A model generated the notes under the pieces. It ran no database searches. It worked only from the letters and a program-made list of their open reading frames with translations, and was not told the DNA's origin. A stretch of DNA of 37,580 nucleotides from a virus: the IMG/VR virus record IMGVR_UViG_3300045988_049599; one strand, 5' to 3'. Positions 23,939-32,183 of the stretch are shown here, one piece after another. Positions within the stretch are counted from its first letter, which is position 1. The number at the start of each line of letters is the position of its first letter. The translations under genes were made by a program, and so were the position numbers.

Positions 23939-25606
23939 CTATCGCAGGTTGTCATATTCTTCCCGGTTGCGCTCATAGACGACGTAGGCATCCAGCAGAG
24001 ACGCCATGCCGTCAATACGCTGCTTGGCATTTTGGAGCTTACACGGCTGGATGTTGCCGTTGCGGTCTACGTCTACGGACGTGTTGGCCATGCACCACTT
24101 GAGTACCGGGTTGTTGTTGTAAATGATGTGCTTGGCATCCAGTTCAGCTGCTAGGCTCTTCATCGGCCCGCTCAACGTTTTCTTGCCCTGTATGACCGCT
24201 TCCATGACCGGCTCGCCGAAGATTTCTTCCATGTTCTGGACGAAATACTTGGCCGACCAGGCGTCATAGCCGACTTTGTACAGGTAAATGTCATGCCCTT
24301 TCTGCATCTCTTCAAACCACTGGACAATAAGCCGGTAATCAATGCTGTTCCCTGGGCTGGTACGGACAAAGCCGCGCTTTTTCCAGATGTCATAGGGTAC
24401 GCGGTCTTCGCGTACCCGCTTTTCCAGCAGGTCTTCCGGTATCCAGTAGCATTGATGGACATAGAAATTGACGTCGTCTTCCGGCACTTTGAATAGGATC
24501 GTCGCGCACGTCAAGTCGGTCGTCGCTGACAAGTCGACGCCGCCGATGGCGTACCGCGGATGCAGTGCATCCAGGTCAAAGGTGGCTTCGTTGTTCAACT
24601 GCTCGAATGTCAAGAACGCTTCCGTCGCTGTTTCGCGGACGTTGAAGTCTTTACATAGCAGGTTCTTGACCAGCAGCGGATTATGCTGCGCCTGATAGAC
24701 TTTATGGGCCAGCTGCTCTTTATCTTTGACGCTTCCCAGGGCCGGGTTTGCTTTTGCCCAGGCGGCCGGGTCCGTCCATTCTTCCCTCTTGTCCAGCTCG
24801 TAGACCAGGGGAAGGATGGTTTCGTCGTGATAGCCTTCCGGGTCGCCATATCCTGCCACGATCCGGGCGCATTCGTCATACTTCAAGTCGAAAATGTTGT
24901 CCCGGACGGTGCCGGCTGTCGTCGTGATGATGCATACCGGCTGTTCGCGGGCTGTCATGCCGTCGATGAGGACGTCATAGATGTTCTTGTCCTTGATGGC
25001 GTGCAGTTCGTCGATAAGGGCGCCATGAACATTCAGGCCGTCCAGCTTGTCACTGTCAGCCCCCAGCGGTTCAAATACGCCGTCGTTAAATCGGCAGCGG
25101 ATACTGCCTACCAGACATTTGAGATGTTTGTTGAGAGCCGGCGATTTCTTAATCATTCGGCGCACTTCGGTCCATATGATCTTTGCCTGGTCCCGCTTCG
25201 TAGCCGCGGAATAGATTTCCGGCCCCGCTTCGCCGTCAGCGACCAGCAGGTATAGAGCCATGCCGGCGGCCCATGTCGATTTCCCGTTTTTACGGGCCAC
25301 GATAAGGACCATCTGCCGATATTCCCGCAAGCCCGTCCGTTTATCGACGAACCCAAAGAGCGCCGCCGTCGCCGCCTTCTGCCACAGTTCCAGGACTAAG
25401 GGCTTTCCGCCCCACTTGCCCTTACTATGCTTACAAAAGGTCTGGATGAAATCAATGGCAAAGTTAGCTTTGTCGTCGTCATATACATACGCGCTGTCCG
25501 GGTCGTGCATCTTGGCCACCAGGTGCTTGTAAGTCCGTCGAATCTTTTCCGATGTGACGACCTTGCCGCTTTCGATGGCGCCATAGTAGCTTTCTATGTA
25601 GTTCAT
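23939..25606 (-). CDS. terL: Terminase large subunit
   Basis: 555 aa. It has a Walker A-like VARKNGKST motif, and its stop overlaps the terS region (ATGA-type coupling). Confidence 0.9.
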   Translation of the reverse strand: MNYIESYYGAIESGKVVTSEKIRRTYKHLVAKMHDPDSAYVYDDDKANFAIDFIQTFCKHSKGKWGGKPLVLELWQKAATAALFGFVDKRTGLREYRQMVLIVARKNGKSTWAAGMALYLLVADGEAGPEIYSAATKRDQAKIIWTEVRRMIKKSPALNKHLKCLVGSIRCRFNDGVFEPLGADSDKLDGLNVHGALIDELHAIKDKNIYDVLIDGMTAREQPVCIITTTAGTVRDNIFDLKYDECARIVAGYGDPEGYHDETILPLVYELDKREEWTDPAAWAKANPALGSVKDKEQLAHKVYQAQHNPLLVKNLLCKDFNVRETATEAFLTFEQLNNEATFDLDALHPRYAIGGVDLSATTDLTCATILFKVPEDDVNFYVHQCYWIPEDLLEKRVREDRVPYDIWKKRGFVRTSPGNSIDYRLIVQWFEEMQKGHDIYLYKVGYDAWSAKYFVQNMEEIFGEPVMEAVIQGKKTLSGPMKSLAAELDAKHIIYNNNPVLKWCMANTSVDVDRNGNIQPCKLQNAKQRIDGMASLLDAYVVYERNREEYDNLR

Positions 25607-25965
25607 TTCCGCGTCCGCGATTTCAAAAAGGCAAGCATTTCGTCTTCTGCGCCTTTCTGTTCGCTTTCGGGCAAGCAGCCGAGCAGGGTCCGGATGACGG
25701 CGTTGTAGTTCTTGACCATGGTGCTGTAGGCCCTGGACTCGGTCGATTCCTTTTTCCCAGTCTGGTTCTCTCCGTTCTGGTAGATCTCGACAAAGCCCGC
25801 ATCATCGAGCTGACGTGCCAGGTCGACGATGTACAGTTCCATCTTGGCCGCCTGGATCAGCGACGGTTCGATGACTTTCATTTTGTCCGAATCGATAGCG
25901 GAAAAAATCTCTTTCAATTCCTTAATTCGACGATTCAGTATTGTTTTCGGTTGAAGTTTGGCCAT
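25603..25965 (-). CDS. terS: Terminase small subunit, P27 family
   Basis: 120 aa. Size, position after the HNH gene and the sequence type fit. Confidence 0.7.
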   Translation of the reverse strand: MAKLQPKTILNRRIKELKEIFSAIDSDKMKVIEPSLIQAAKMELYIVDLARQLDDAGFVEIYQNGENQTGKKESTESRAYSTMVKNYNAVIRTLLGCLPESEQKGAEDEMLAFLKSRTRK

Positions 25966-26118
25966 GTCATCCCTCCTCTCCTCTTTTTGCTAAATCTTCT
26001 TACGCGTATATATGGACTACACCCCCCTCGGGCGCGGGGTTTGTATTAAAGAAAAGCCCGCCCCCGGCGTCATCCAGCTTTAAGTGGCGGCTTAAAGGTG
26101 GGGGGTGTCAAAGCTTCA

Positions 26119-26436
26119 TCACTTAAAATATAAAAGGTTGCCGTCGGCATCGAACTGACATCGTCGTCCTACGTGGTGCTTGCTGTGCAGCTGGTTGTGA
26201 CACTCAATGCATAAGAACTGCAGGTTGTCCCACCCGTAGGCGATGCGTGGATCGTTGATGTTGTCCGGCGTCAACGGTATCTTGTGATGTACAATCCACC
26301 GTTGCCGTTTTCCGTCATGCCGGACAAACTTGTTGTGGCATCGCTCACAGATATAGAGCTTCGACGCTGCGTATGCCTTGGCACACGTGCGCCATCGTTG
26401 TGAGTTGTAAAAAGCCTTGGCAAAGTCACGGGCCAT
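26119..26436 (-). CDS. HNH endonuclease (packaging-associated)
   Basis: CERCHNKF...VHHKIPL...LQFLCIECHNQLH. The ORF track allows a start at 26493. 26436 (MARDF) is preferred because the longer form runs into a tandem-repeat region. Confidence 0.8.
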   Translation of the reverse strand: MARDFAKAFYNSQRWRTCAKAYAASKLYICERCHNKFVRHDGKRQRWIVHHKIPLTPDNINDPRIAYGWDNLQFLCIECHNQLHSKHHVGRRCQFDADGNLLYFK

Positions 26437-26466
26437 GACGTCGACTTCCTTTCTCTTTTTGCGTTT

Positions 26467-26541
26467 CAGGCATCCCCTGTTTTTCCGAGGCACCCCCTAT
26501 TTTTTCCAGGCACCCCTGTTTTCTCCGGCCCCTCCTTTTCC
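26467..26541 (-). repeat. Three to four tandem ~20-bp repeats upstream of the packaging operon
   Basis: Plus strand: CAGGCATCCCCTGTTTTTC / GAGGCACCCCCTATTTTTTC / CAGGCACCCCTGTTTTCTC / a degenerate CGGCCCCTCCTTTTCC. Confidence 0.7.
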
Positions 26542-26547
26542 GGCATA

Positions 26548-26576
26548 GTAAAAGAGCGCCCTTTGCAGGACGCTCT
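26548..26576 (-). terminator. Hairpin terminator-like element between the late regulator and the late operon
   Basis: On the minus strand, stem AGAGCG / CGCTCT with a 12-nt loop is followed by TTTTAC. Confidence 0.4.
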
Positions 26577-26717
26577 TTCCTTGTGTGCTTTACCTTTGAG
26601 GCATGAGAAGGTGGAATCACCAGAGTTGTCAAGTGTGTGGGATGTGGGACCGCCGCTTCCTATCTGGGCCCCATCATCCCCTCTTTGACTGATTACAGTA
26701 TATCACGTCAAGGTGTA

Positions 26718-27179
26718 TTATTTTGTAACATGTTGATAAGTGACAAGAAATTCGTGATATTTTTTGTCGAAGTGATTGAGTGCGGCAGCTTTCAGGTATC
26801 CTCTAACGTACACATCGGCATAGTTCATTTGCCGGGCCAGTTCTCCCCATGTCATGCCCTGGACATAGTAGCCGTTTAGCAGCGCCCGGTCTTTTCCTTC
26901 GTCCAGGCCGTCAATTTGGTTGATGATCCGCATCATAAAATTGCGCATATCCCTGACCCGGTCTTCCTGCTTGTCCAGCTCGGTCTTGAATTTTTTCAGG
27001 CTTTTCGGGTCCCAGTAGTTCCCCTGGCTGGACCGGCCCAGGCTTCCCGCCATGACCGACGTTATCCGGTCCGATGGCCCGCCGAATATTTCCCTCCCCA
27101 TTGTCCGGATCAGACGCTCTTTCTGTTCCACTTCCGCCCGCATCACTGCATACTGCTTCAAATACTCTTCTGCTGTCAC
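26718..27179 (-). CDS. Putative late-gene transcriptional activator with a sigma-70 region-4-like HTH
   Basis: 153 aa. The C terminus LLNGYYVQGMTWGELARQMNYADVYVRGYLKAAALNHF resembles sigma region 4. It lies directly upstream of the packaging genes, as in RinA/ArpU-type systems. Confidence 0.55.
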   Translation of the reverse strand: MTAEEYLKQYAVMRAEVEQKERLIRTMGREIFGGPSDRITSVMAGSLGRSSQGNYWDPKSLKKFKTELDKQEDRVRDMRNFMMRIINQIDGLDEGKDRALLNGYYVQGMTWGELARQMNYADVYVRGYLKAAALNHFDKKYHEFLVTYQHVTK

Positions 27180-27185
27180 ATCACT

Positions 27186-27575
27186 TCACCCTTTCTCATT
27201 TTCACTATTCTCTTCCTCGTAAATTTCTACCTCGACCCGTGGATTATGCTTGTCTACATAAAAGCGGTCCTCGAAGCCGGTCACCTCGGACCAGCCATCA
27301 TTTTTCAGGATCTTCATTTCTTGCAGGGCATCCAGGATAAATTTCTTTGCAAAGGCAATGTTGTCTTTGTCCCGACGCTGATTCTTTTCATACCACGAGA
27401 AAATAAACCGCCCCCGCTTGATGTGACGGCCGTTGTATTTAATCATACCGGTCTTGCAGATTTCGTGAGCCGCCCGGCTCATCCGGCTTCCCGTGTGTGG
27501 ATTGGCCCGGTTCGCCTTGACGTACTCGTTGAGTCCCGGAAGCGGCCCGGGAATCACTATTTTGAGTGGATTCAT
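27186..27575 (-). CDS. RusA-like Holliday junction resolvase
   Basis: Start chosen at MNPLKIV (27575), with an ATGA overlap with the upstream stop. Motifs PGLNEY and RRDKDNIAFAKKFILDALQEMKILKNDGW fit the RusA D-x-D-N...D pattern. Confidence 0.65.
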   Translation of the reverse strand: MNPLKIVIPGPLPGLNEYVKANRANPHTGSRMSRAAHEICKTGMIKYNGRHIKRGRFIFSWYEKNQRRDKDNIAFAKKFILDALQEMKILKNDGWSEVTGFEDRFYVDKHNPRVEVEIYEEENSENEKG

Positions 27576-28342
27576 GCACTCCCTTCTTTCTTCCTCATTT
27601 TGACAGTCACATGCCAACCTGTCATGTCATTATAGGTTGACATGGCTTCGATGAATTCATACTTGGGATACATAGCTTCCCAGATTTCCCGGCAGTCTGT
27701 CATCCCTGCCAGTTCGTTCAGTTTCTTGTGACTAAAGGCCCAGTCGTTTTTCTTGACAACCGGGTTCTTTAAATTCCGCGAACAAATGTAAGTATTTTCG
27801 TACTTTTCTTTGTCGCGGGCTTCTTTCAGGATGTACTTGCACAACTTCTGCATCAATTCCTGGTCGTGGATGCGCAGACGTCTGGCGTTGCTCAAGCCCT
27901 TCCCCCATATGCTTTCCAATTCGTCCCGGTCCAGGCCGCCGCTGATAATCATGTGGAAATGATAATTTTCTCCCTTGCGTTCGATGGTCCCCATGTATTG
28001 CACGGGTTTCATACCGAGTTTTTTCCGGCGGCGGTTTATCCGTCGTATGAAATTATGAAAGTCCCGTTTAGCAGCCTTTGTGTTTTCTGGCCGATGCATC
28101 AGATCATAGGTCAGCGTAAGGTAAATGTCGTTCGCCGTGAAATTCGTATGCACTTTCTGCAAAAAAGTCCGCGCCGCCCGGTTCCGATTCCGACGTACCT
28201 GGTCAGCAGAGGACAGATTGATTTTCTTGCCCCGCATCTTCCGACCTCGTTCCCGCATGTCGGCCATCTCGAACAGATCCATTTCTACGTATTCTTTTCC
28301 ACAGAAATATTTCACATTGCGTACGAATCCCACATCAGTCAC
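27572..28342 (-). CDS. HUH-type rolling-circle replication initiator-like protein
   Basis: Motif 1 is IYLTLTYD, motif 2 is YHFHMIISGG (HUH) and motif 3 is LCKYILKE (Y..K). SD spacing suggests the start is probably the GTG at 28333. Confidence 0.6.
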   Translation of the reverse strand: MTDVGFVRNVKYFCGKEYVEMDLFEMADMRERGRKMRGKKINLSSADQVRRNRNRAARTFLQKVHTNFTANDIYLTLTYDLMHRPENTKAAKRDFHNFIRRINRRRKKLGMKPVQYMGTIERKGENYHFHMIISGGLDRDELESIWGKGLSNARRLRIHDQELMQKLCKYILKEARDKEKYENTYICSRNLKNPVVKKNDWAFSHKKLNELAGMTDCREIWEAMYPKYEFIEAMSTYNDMTGWHVTVKMRKKEGSA

Positions 28343-28458
28343 CTCTTTTCACTGATTTTTAGAAAAACGGTACTAAATATAACGCCTACTACTAGCCCCT
28401 AAGAGGCCCAGCCTCTTATTTTTATATAATACATATATAAGGCGAAAAGAGACCTTGC

Positions 28459-28683
28459 CTATTTGGCAGTCTCTTCTTCGTCTTTTTTGTATGTGCAGTG
28501 CCAGCATCCCGAATATGTTTCAAAGTGCGGACATGCCAGGCAATGGATCTGGCAGATATCGCCTTCTTTTTTCGGGCAATATATGCAGTTCATGATAGGC
28601 ATCCCGCAAATTTGGCAATATATGTATGCTGGCGTCTTCTCCGTACTATCACGAATCACCATAAGAAAATTATGTAAATACAT
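28459..28683 (-). CDS. Cys-rich small hypothetical protein
   Basis: 74 aa with 10 Cys arranged in CxxC-like pairs. No convincing SD. The start may be at 28662. Confidence 0.35.
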   Translation of the reverse strand: MYLHNFLMVIRDSTEKTPAYIYCQICGMPIMNCIYCPKKEGDICQIHCLACPHFETYSGCWHCTYKKDEEETAK

Positions 28684-28746
28684 GCCACGACCAGAATCCA
28701 GGTTGTTAAGGATATGGCGATCAAGGCCATCAATGTTTTACGTATG

Positions 28747-29166
28747 CTATGCATGGTATCCCTCGATTTCTTCAAGCAAATTCCAGATGTATTGTCGCCG
28801 TACCGGCTGATAATACATTTTTGACGTCAATTCACAGGTCCTTTCCAGCTGCTCTTCTAATTGCTGGCGATTAGTCACAATCGGTATGTTTTTCCGCCGT
28901 GCTTCCTCTACTTCGGCCCGGCATCCTGTGCTTTCCCGCCAGCCTGGTGCTACATAGACAATATCGCATCGCCGCATCAATTCGATAGCATAAGCCAGGC
29001 CGTCCACATAATCGACTTTATTATAGCCGCCGGTCCGTATCGCATGGATGGGCGACACGAAGACGACGTCGTCATAATCTAATTGCAGTTTTGTCGTCTC
29101 TTCATCGGCGTTAATTTCATTTCCTCTTTTGCCACCCCACGGGTGACTCACATAAACCATTAACAT
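28747..29166 (-). CDS. Nucleoside 2-deoxyribosyltransferase-like protein (DUF4406/DUF1937-like)
   Basis: 139 aa. MVYVSHPWGG...N at the N terminus and CDIVYVAPGWRESTGCRAEVEEARRKNIPIV match the family pattern. It has a good SD (AAGGAG). Confidence 0.55.
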   Translation of the reverse strand: MLMVYVSHPWGGKRGNEINADEETTKLQLDYDDVVFVSPIHAIRTGGYNKVDYVDGLAYAIELMRRCDIVYVAPGWRESTGCRAEVEEARRKNIPIVTNRQQLEEQLERTCELTSKMYYQPVRRQYIWNLLEEIEGYHA

Positions 29167-29182
29167 TTTCTTCCACTCCTTT

Positions 29183-29707
29183 TTAGTACCAACTGATTAA
29201 GATCTTATTTTGATTCCGGGCCACTTTGTACCCTTCCGCTTCCATCGTCGTGCAAATAGCCGCGTCGACATGATTGTCGCCGGTCCGCGGTATAATCGTA
29301 TATTGCCGACCCGCTTCACAGGCCCGGTCAATGTCCCGCCGTATCCGGCTCATACTAATATCCAATGGTTTCCCTCCCTTCTTATATGCTTCGTAATCTG
29401 GCAGACTGCTTATCCTTTTCAGGACTGTTTCAACGTCTTGCGGCTCTAACAACTGCCCGAATCCGTTCATAATTTCATCGTTGAGTCGTTGACCATTATC
29501 TAACAGCCAGTAGCCTTCCTTCTTTTTCGTCAGAAAAACAATGTATAGCCACTGTTCTCGGCCTATACCGTCAAGCTCACTTCTTGCCCAAAATGTCCGC
29601 ATAACACAGGCGCCGTGCCCATTAAAAAAACGGAAGTCATATATTTCCCGCTTATCCTCTGTCAGTCTGATATATTCCGGCTCAAAATCTCCGAAGTCCT
29701 CCACCAT
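29183..29707 (-). CDS. Hypothetical protein
   Basis: 174-aa ORF tightly packed in the operon. No motif recognised. Confidence 0.5.
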   Translation of the reverse strand: MVEDFGDFEPEYIRLTEDKREIYDFRFFNGHGACVMRTFWARSELDGIGREQWLYIVFLTKKKEGYWLLDNGQRLNDEIMNGFGQLLEPQDVETVLKRISSLPDYEAYKKGGKPLDISMSRIRRDIDRACEAGRQYTIIPRTGDNHVDAAICTTMEAEGYKVARNQNKILISWY

Positions 29708-29735
29708 GCTATCCCTCCTCTTTAATAGCTATGTT

Positions 29736-30653
29736 CTATAGCATCTTACTAAATATGCTTTCAAAAATTGGTACGGGGATGGAGTTCCCAGCTTGCTTAT
29801 ACAGCGCTCGTCGGGAATTAACACCGGCGGCCGCTTCAAAATCCTTGTCGCTGTATCCTTGTAATCGCCAACATTCTTTTTCCGTCAAGTATCTGTATTT
29901 GCCATTACCTATAGGAAGACAGCCACTTCCTGGCGCTCTGTCTGGTCGCTCCGTGATTGTGTAGCAGTAATCTTTGATAATCGGCAGACGGCGCACAGTC
30001 CCCGTTTTCCCGATTGCCCGCAACATGCTGGGCGCTTTGACGGTATAAAAGTCGTCTACCGGACCGTCCTCTAGATAGTTAGCAATGGGTTGCATAGGCC
30101 TTTGTTTGAGTGCATCAAAGTCAAAATCTTGACCGCCCAACACCGATATAGTGAATATTCGCTGTCTGGCTTGCGGTAAGCCAAAATTTCTAGCATCCAA
30201 CATGCGAAAACTGCTTGTATATCCCAGCTTTTTCAACTCGGTCATGTACCGCTCATGGTTATGTACCATGTATTTTGACCGTACATTCTTCACGTTTTCC
30301 CAGATTATAATTCTCGGTCGCCACAATCCCATGTTTTTGACGATATTTAGCGTTTCCCACATGAGCGACGATCGAGTCCCACTTCCGGGGTCTGCTCCCT
30401 TTTGACGCCCTGCAATGGAAAAGTCCTGGCAAGGGCTGCCGTGAATGAGAATATCCGGCTTTAAATTCCATCCGCGAACGTCCTGCGTTCTATACGGGAG
30501 TTCGCTTGCAAACATGGCATTGTAGCTTCGCACTGCTTTTTCGTCGATTTCTACGTAATCTATCGCTTTGACGGGAATCCCTAAATTCCGCAACGCAACT
30601 CTAGGGCTGCCAATTCCCCCAAATAATTCTAATATTTTCAACAATCGAATCAC
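29736..30653 (-). CDS. DNA (cytosine-5)-methyltransferase, orphan (no cognate endonuclease seen)
   Basis: Motif I is LELFGGIGS, motif IV is HGSPCQDFSIAG, motif VI is IIIWENV and motif VIII is GLPQARQRIF. Confidence 0.9.
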   Translation of the reverse strand: MIRLLKILELFGGIGSPRVALRNLGIPVKAIDYVEIDEKAVRSYNAMFASELPYRTQDVRGWNLKPDILIHGSPCQDFSIAGRQKGADPGSGTRSSLMWETLNIVKNMGLWRPRIIIWENVKNVRSKYMVHNHERYMTELKKLGYTSSFRMLDARNFGLPQARQRIFTISVLGGQDFDFDALKQRPMQPIANYLEDGPVDDFYTVKAPSMLRAIGKTGTVRRLPIIKDYCYTITERPDRAPGSGCLPIGNGKYRYLTEKECWRLQGYSDKDFEAAAGVNSRRALYKQAGNSIPVPIFESIFSKML

Positions 30654-30655
30654 TT

Positions 30656-30862
30656 CTATCCATTTCCATTAGCTCCTTGGTTCCGCTTCAACGCCCGCGT
30701 CCGTGGCTGTTTCTTTGCCTTGGGTTTGTCTCCATGGCAGGTGATGCCTCTGGGCTTGCACTCCCGGTCGTCAGCACAGACAGGCGCTAAATTGCCGGAC
30801 GGGGTGACAACGTAGTGTATCCGTCCGGTCAATTTTTTATGGCAATAATAACAACGCTTCAT
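30656..30862 (-). CDS. Small zinc-ribbon-like basic protein
   Basis: 68 aa with CYYCHKK...C...C and a Lys/Arg-rich tail. Confidence 0.45.
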   Translation of the reverse strand: MKRCYYCHKKLTGRIHYVVTPSGNLAPVCADDRECKPRGITCHGDKPKAKKQPRTRALKRNQGANGNG

Positions 30863-30871
30863 TCATGCCAC

Positions 30872-31039
30872 CTATTTCCGTTTTGCGTGTTCCAGCCGCT
30901 TGCGGATCTTTTCGACAGTCTTAGCCTGGTAGGCCATTATGTCACTGTATTTTTCCCAGTTCCGCTTCGGCTTCTTGGGCCGTGGGTCCGGCTCGATGTA
31001 AGAGATGCGCACCGGCCCCGGCTTGTACCAGTTTTCCAT
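30872..31039 (-). CDS. Small basic hypothetical protein (55 aa; below the ORF-track cutoff)
   Basis: Hand translation: MENWYKPGPVRISYIEPDPRPKKPKRNWEKYSDIMAYQAKTVEKIRKRLEHAKRK. SD GAGGTGG lies upstream. Confidence 0.45.
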   Translation of the reverse strand: MENWYKPGPVRISYIEPDPRPKKPKRNWEKYSDIMAYQAKTVEKIRKRLEHAKRK

Positions 31040-31048
31040 CTGTCCACC

Positions 31049-31585
31049 TCATTCCTTCCTCATGCTTATTTTCTGGGCCATGTACTGTCCGTAGGACAGG
31101 CCGGCGCGCCGGGCTTCTTCGATGCACTGCCCCATACTGCTCAATTCTTTTGTTTCCGGGGTATAGGTTTTTGGTTTCGGCGGGCGATGACCTTTACGGA
31201 ACTGCTTTTTGATTTCTTTAGCAAATTCGGCGTCTTTGGCCTTCTCCTCTTTTTCCCTGACTTTTTCCCGCATCCGCTTGAGCTTCATTATTTTCCGCTT
31301 CTTCCGTTGCCAGCGGTTGCATACGACGTTGACCATTTCCCGACGGCATGTCGGGCTGCACGTATATTTCCGTGTTCGCGGATTGTCTATCTGCTTGCCA
31401 CAGACGATACAGAAATCGGGTGCCGGCTTTTCGCCGCGGTTAAATTCCGCTTCATATTTATCATGCTCTTGCAATATCCGTTCTCGACAAGCTGAGCACG
31501 TTTTCTTTTTTCTCCCTCGTAAGTCCAGTGTAAAGACATGCCCGCAAATCATGCATTTTCTTTCCAGCTCTTCCATTTTTTCCAC
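31049..31585 (-). CDS. Zinc-ribbon-containing basic protein, possibly DNA-binding
   Basis: 178 aa with two CxxC...CxxC pairs, a Lys/Arg-rich centre and a C-terminal AGLSYGQYMA motif. Confidence 0.5.
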   Translation of the reverse strand: MEKMEELERKCMICGHVFTLDLRGRKKKTCSACRERILQEHDKYEAEFNRGEKPAPDFCIVCGKQIDNPRTRKYTCSPTCRREMVNVVCNRWQRKKRKIMKLKRMREKVREKEEKAKDAEFAKEIKKQFRKGHRPPKPKTYTPETKELSSMGQCIEEARRAGLSYGQYMAQKISMRKE

Positions 31586-31588
31586 CCC

Positions 31589-31825
31589 TTAAAACCACGT
31601 TTTATGAATCGGATCATAGTGCCACCACATGCCATTTTGATAGCGTACGCAATAGTAGCCGTTAGCTATAAAAATGGCTTCCGGGTTTCCGTTGCTCCAT
31701 GTCCCGTTTGCCAGTTGTTTATAGACGACGTCTGTCAACAAATCTTGCACGCCGTCCGGCACCAGCTTCCAGCCTTCTTTTCGCCTGAGCATGTTCCTCA
31801 GTGCATCCTTACTGATTGTCTTCAT
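31589..31825 (-). CDS. Hypothetical protein
   Basis: 78-aa ORF packed in the operon. Confidence 0.45.
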   Translation of the reverse strand: MKTISKDALRNMLRRKEGWKLVPDGVQDLLTDVVYKQLANGTWSNGNPEAIFIANGYYCVRYQNGMWWHYDPIHKTWF

Positions 31826-31836
31826 CCCAATCCCTC

Positions 31837-32172
31837 CTATCGGATAATAATGCGTTGCCCTGGTTGCAGGTTGTCGTCTTCCGACAAGCCGTTATTGATT
31901 TGAATTTCGTAGATAGTTTCGCGGATGTCCTGCCCGCGTGCATCGGCGACACCGCGGGCAATGTCCCACAATGTTTCACCGTCTTCTACGACATGTACGT
32001 CTACATCATCGGCGGCCACTGTCGGCCCCTGGCCGATATTCCCGATACCCGTGCCGGCATAGACGCCGATGCCAAAGGCAAGCAAAATCGTCACGGCCAG
32101 GCGGGCCACTTTCCCTTTTTTCGACGTCTGCTTTGCGGCCAGTTGATGGTCATATATTTTCATCGTTTTCAT
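31837..32172 (-). CDS. Membrane-anchored LysM-domain protein with YneA-like architecture
   Basis: 111 aa. It has an N-terminal TM helix (LAVTILLAFGIGVYAG) and a C-terminal LysM domain (HVVEDGETLWDIARG...LQPGQRIIIR). Confidence 0.65.
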   Translation of the reverse strand: MKTMKIYDHQLAAKQTSKKGKVARLAVTILLAFGIGVYAGTGIGNIGQGPTVAADDVDVHVVEDGETLWDIARGVADARGQDIRETIYEIQINNGLSEDDNLQPGQRIIIR

Positions 32173-32183
32173 GTTTTTCCCTC

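Noticed and set aside
26437-26493. Longer HNH start at 26493 given by the ORF track
   Set aside because: The extra 19 codons are Lys/Arg-rich, run into the tandem-repeat tract and lack an SD. The MARDF start at 26436 is more plausible, though this is not proven.
26467-26541. Tandem repeats as a CRISPR array
   Set aside because: There are only 3-4 imperfect ~20-bp units that abut directly with no spacers, and there are no cas genes. This fits protein-binding repeats instead.
28343-28458. Hairpin AAGAGGC-CCA-GCCTCTT followed by ATTTTTAT, oriented as a plus-strand terminator inside a minus-strand operon
   Set aside because: No plus-strand gene ends here. It may be a bidirectional insulator or part of a Rep origin, but I could not support either from sequence alone. 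It is mentioned under the Rep finding only.
28656-28730. 24-codon hydrophobic minus-strand ORF (MALIAISLTTWILVVACIYIIFLW) whose stop overlaps an internal ATG of the Cys-rich ORF; possible small toxin or membrane peptide
   Set aside because: There is no SD, it is very short, and there is no way to test conservation here. A hydrophobic peptide can arise by chance in T-rich sequence. It is noted only because of the ATGGTGA overlap.
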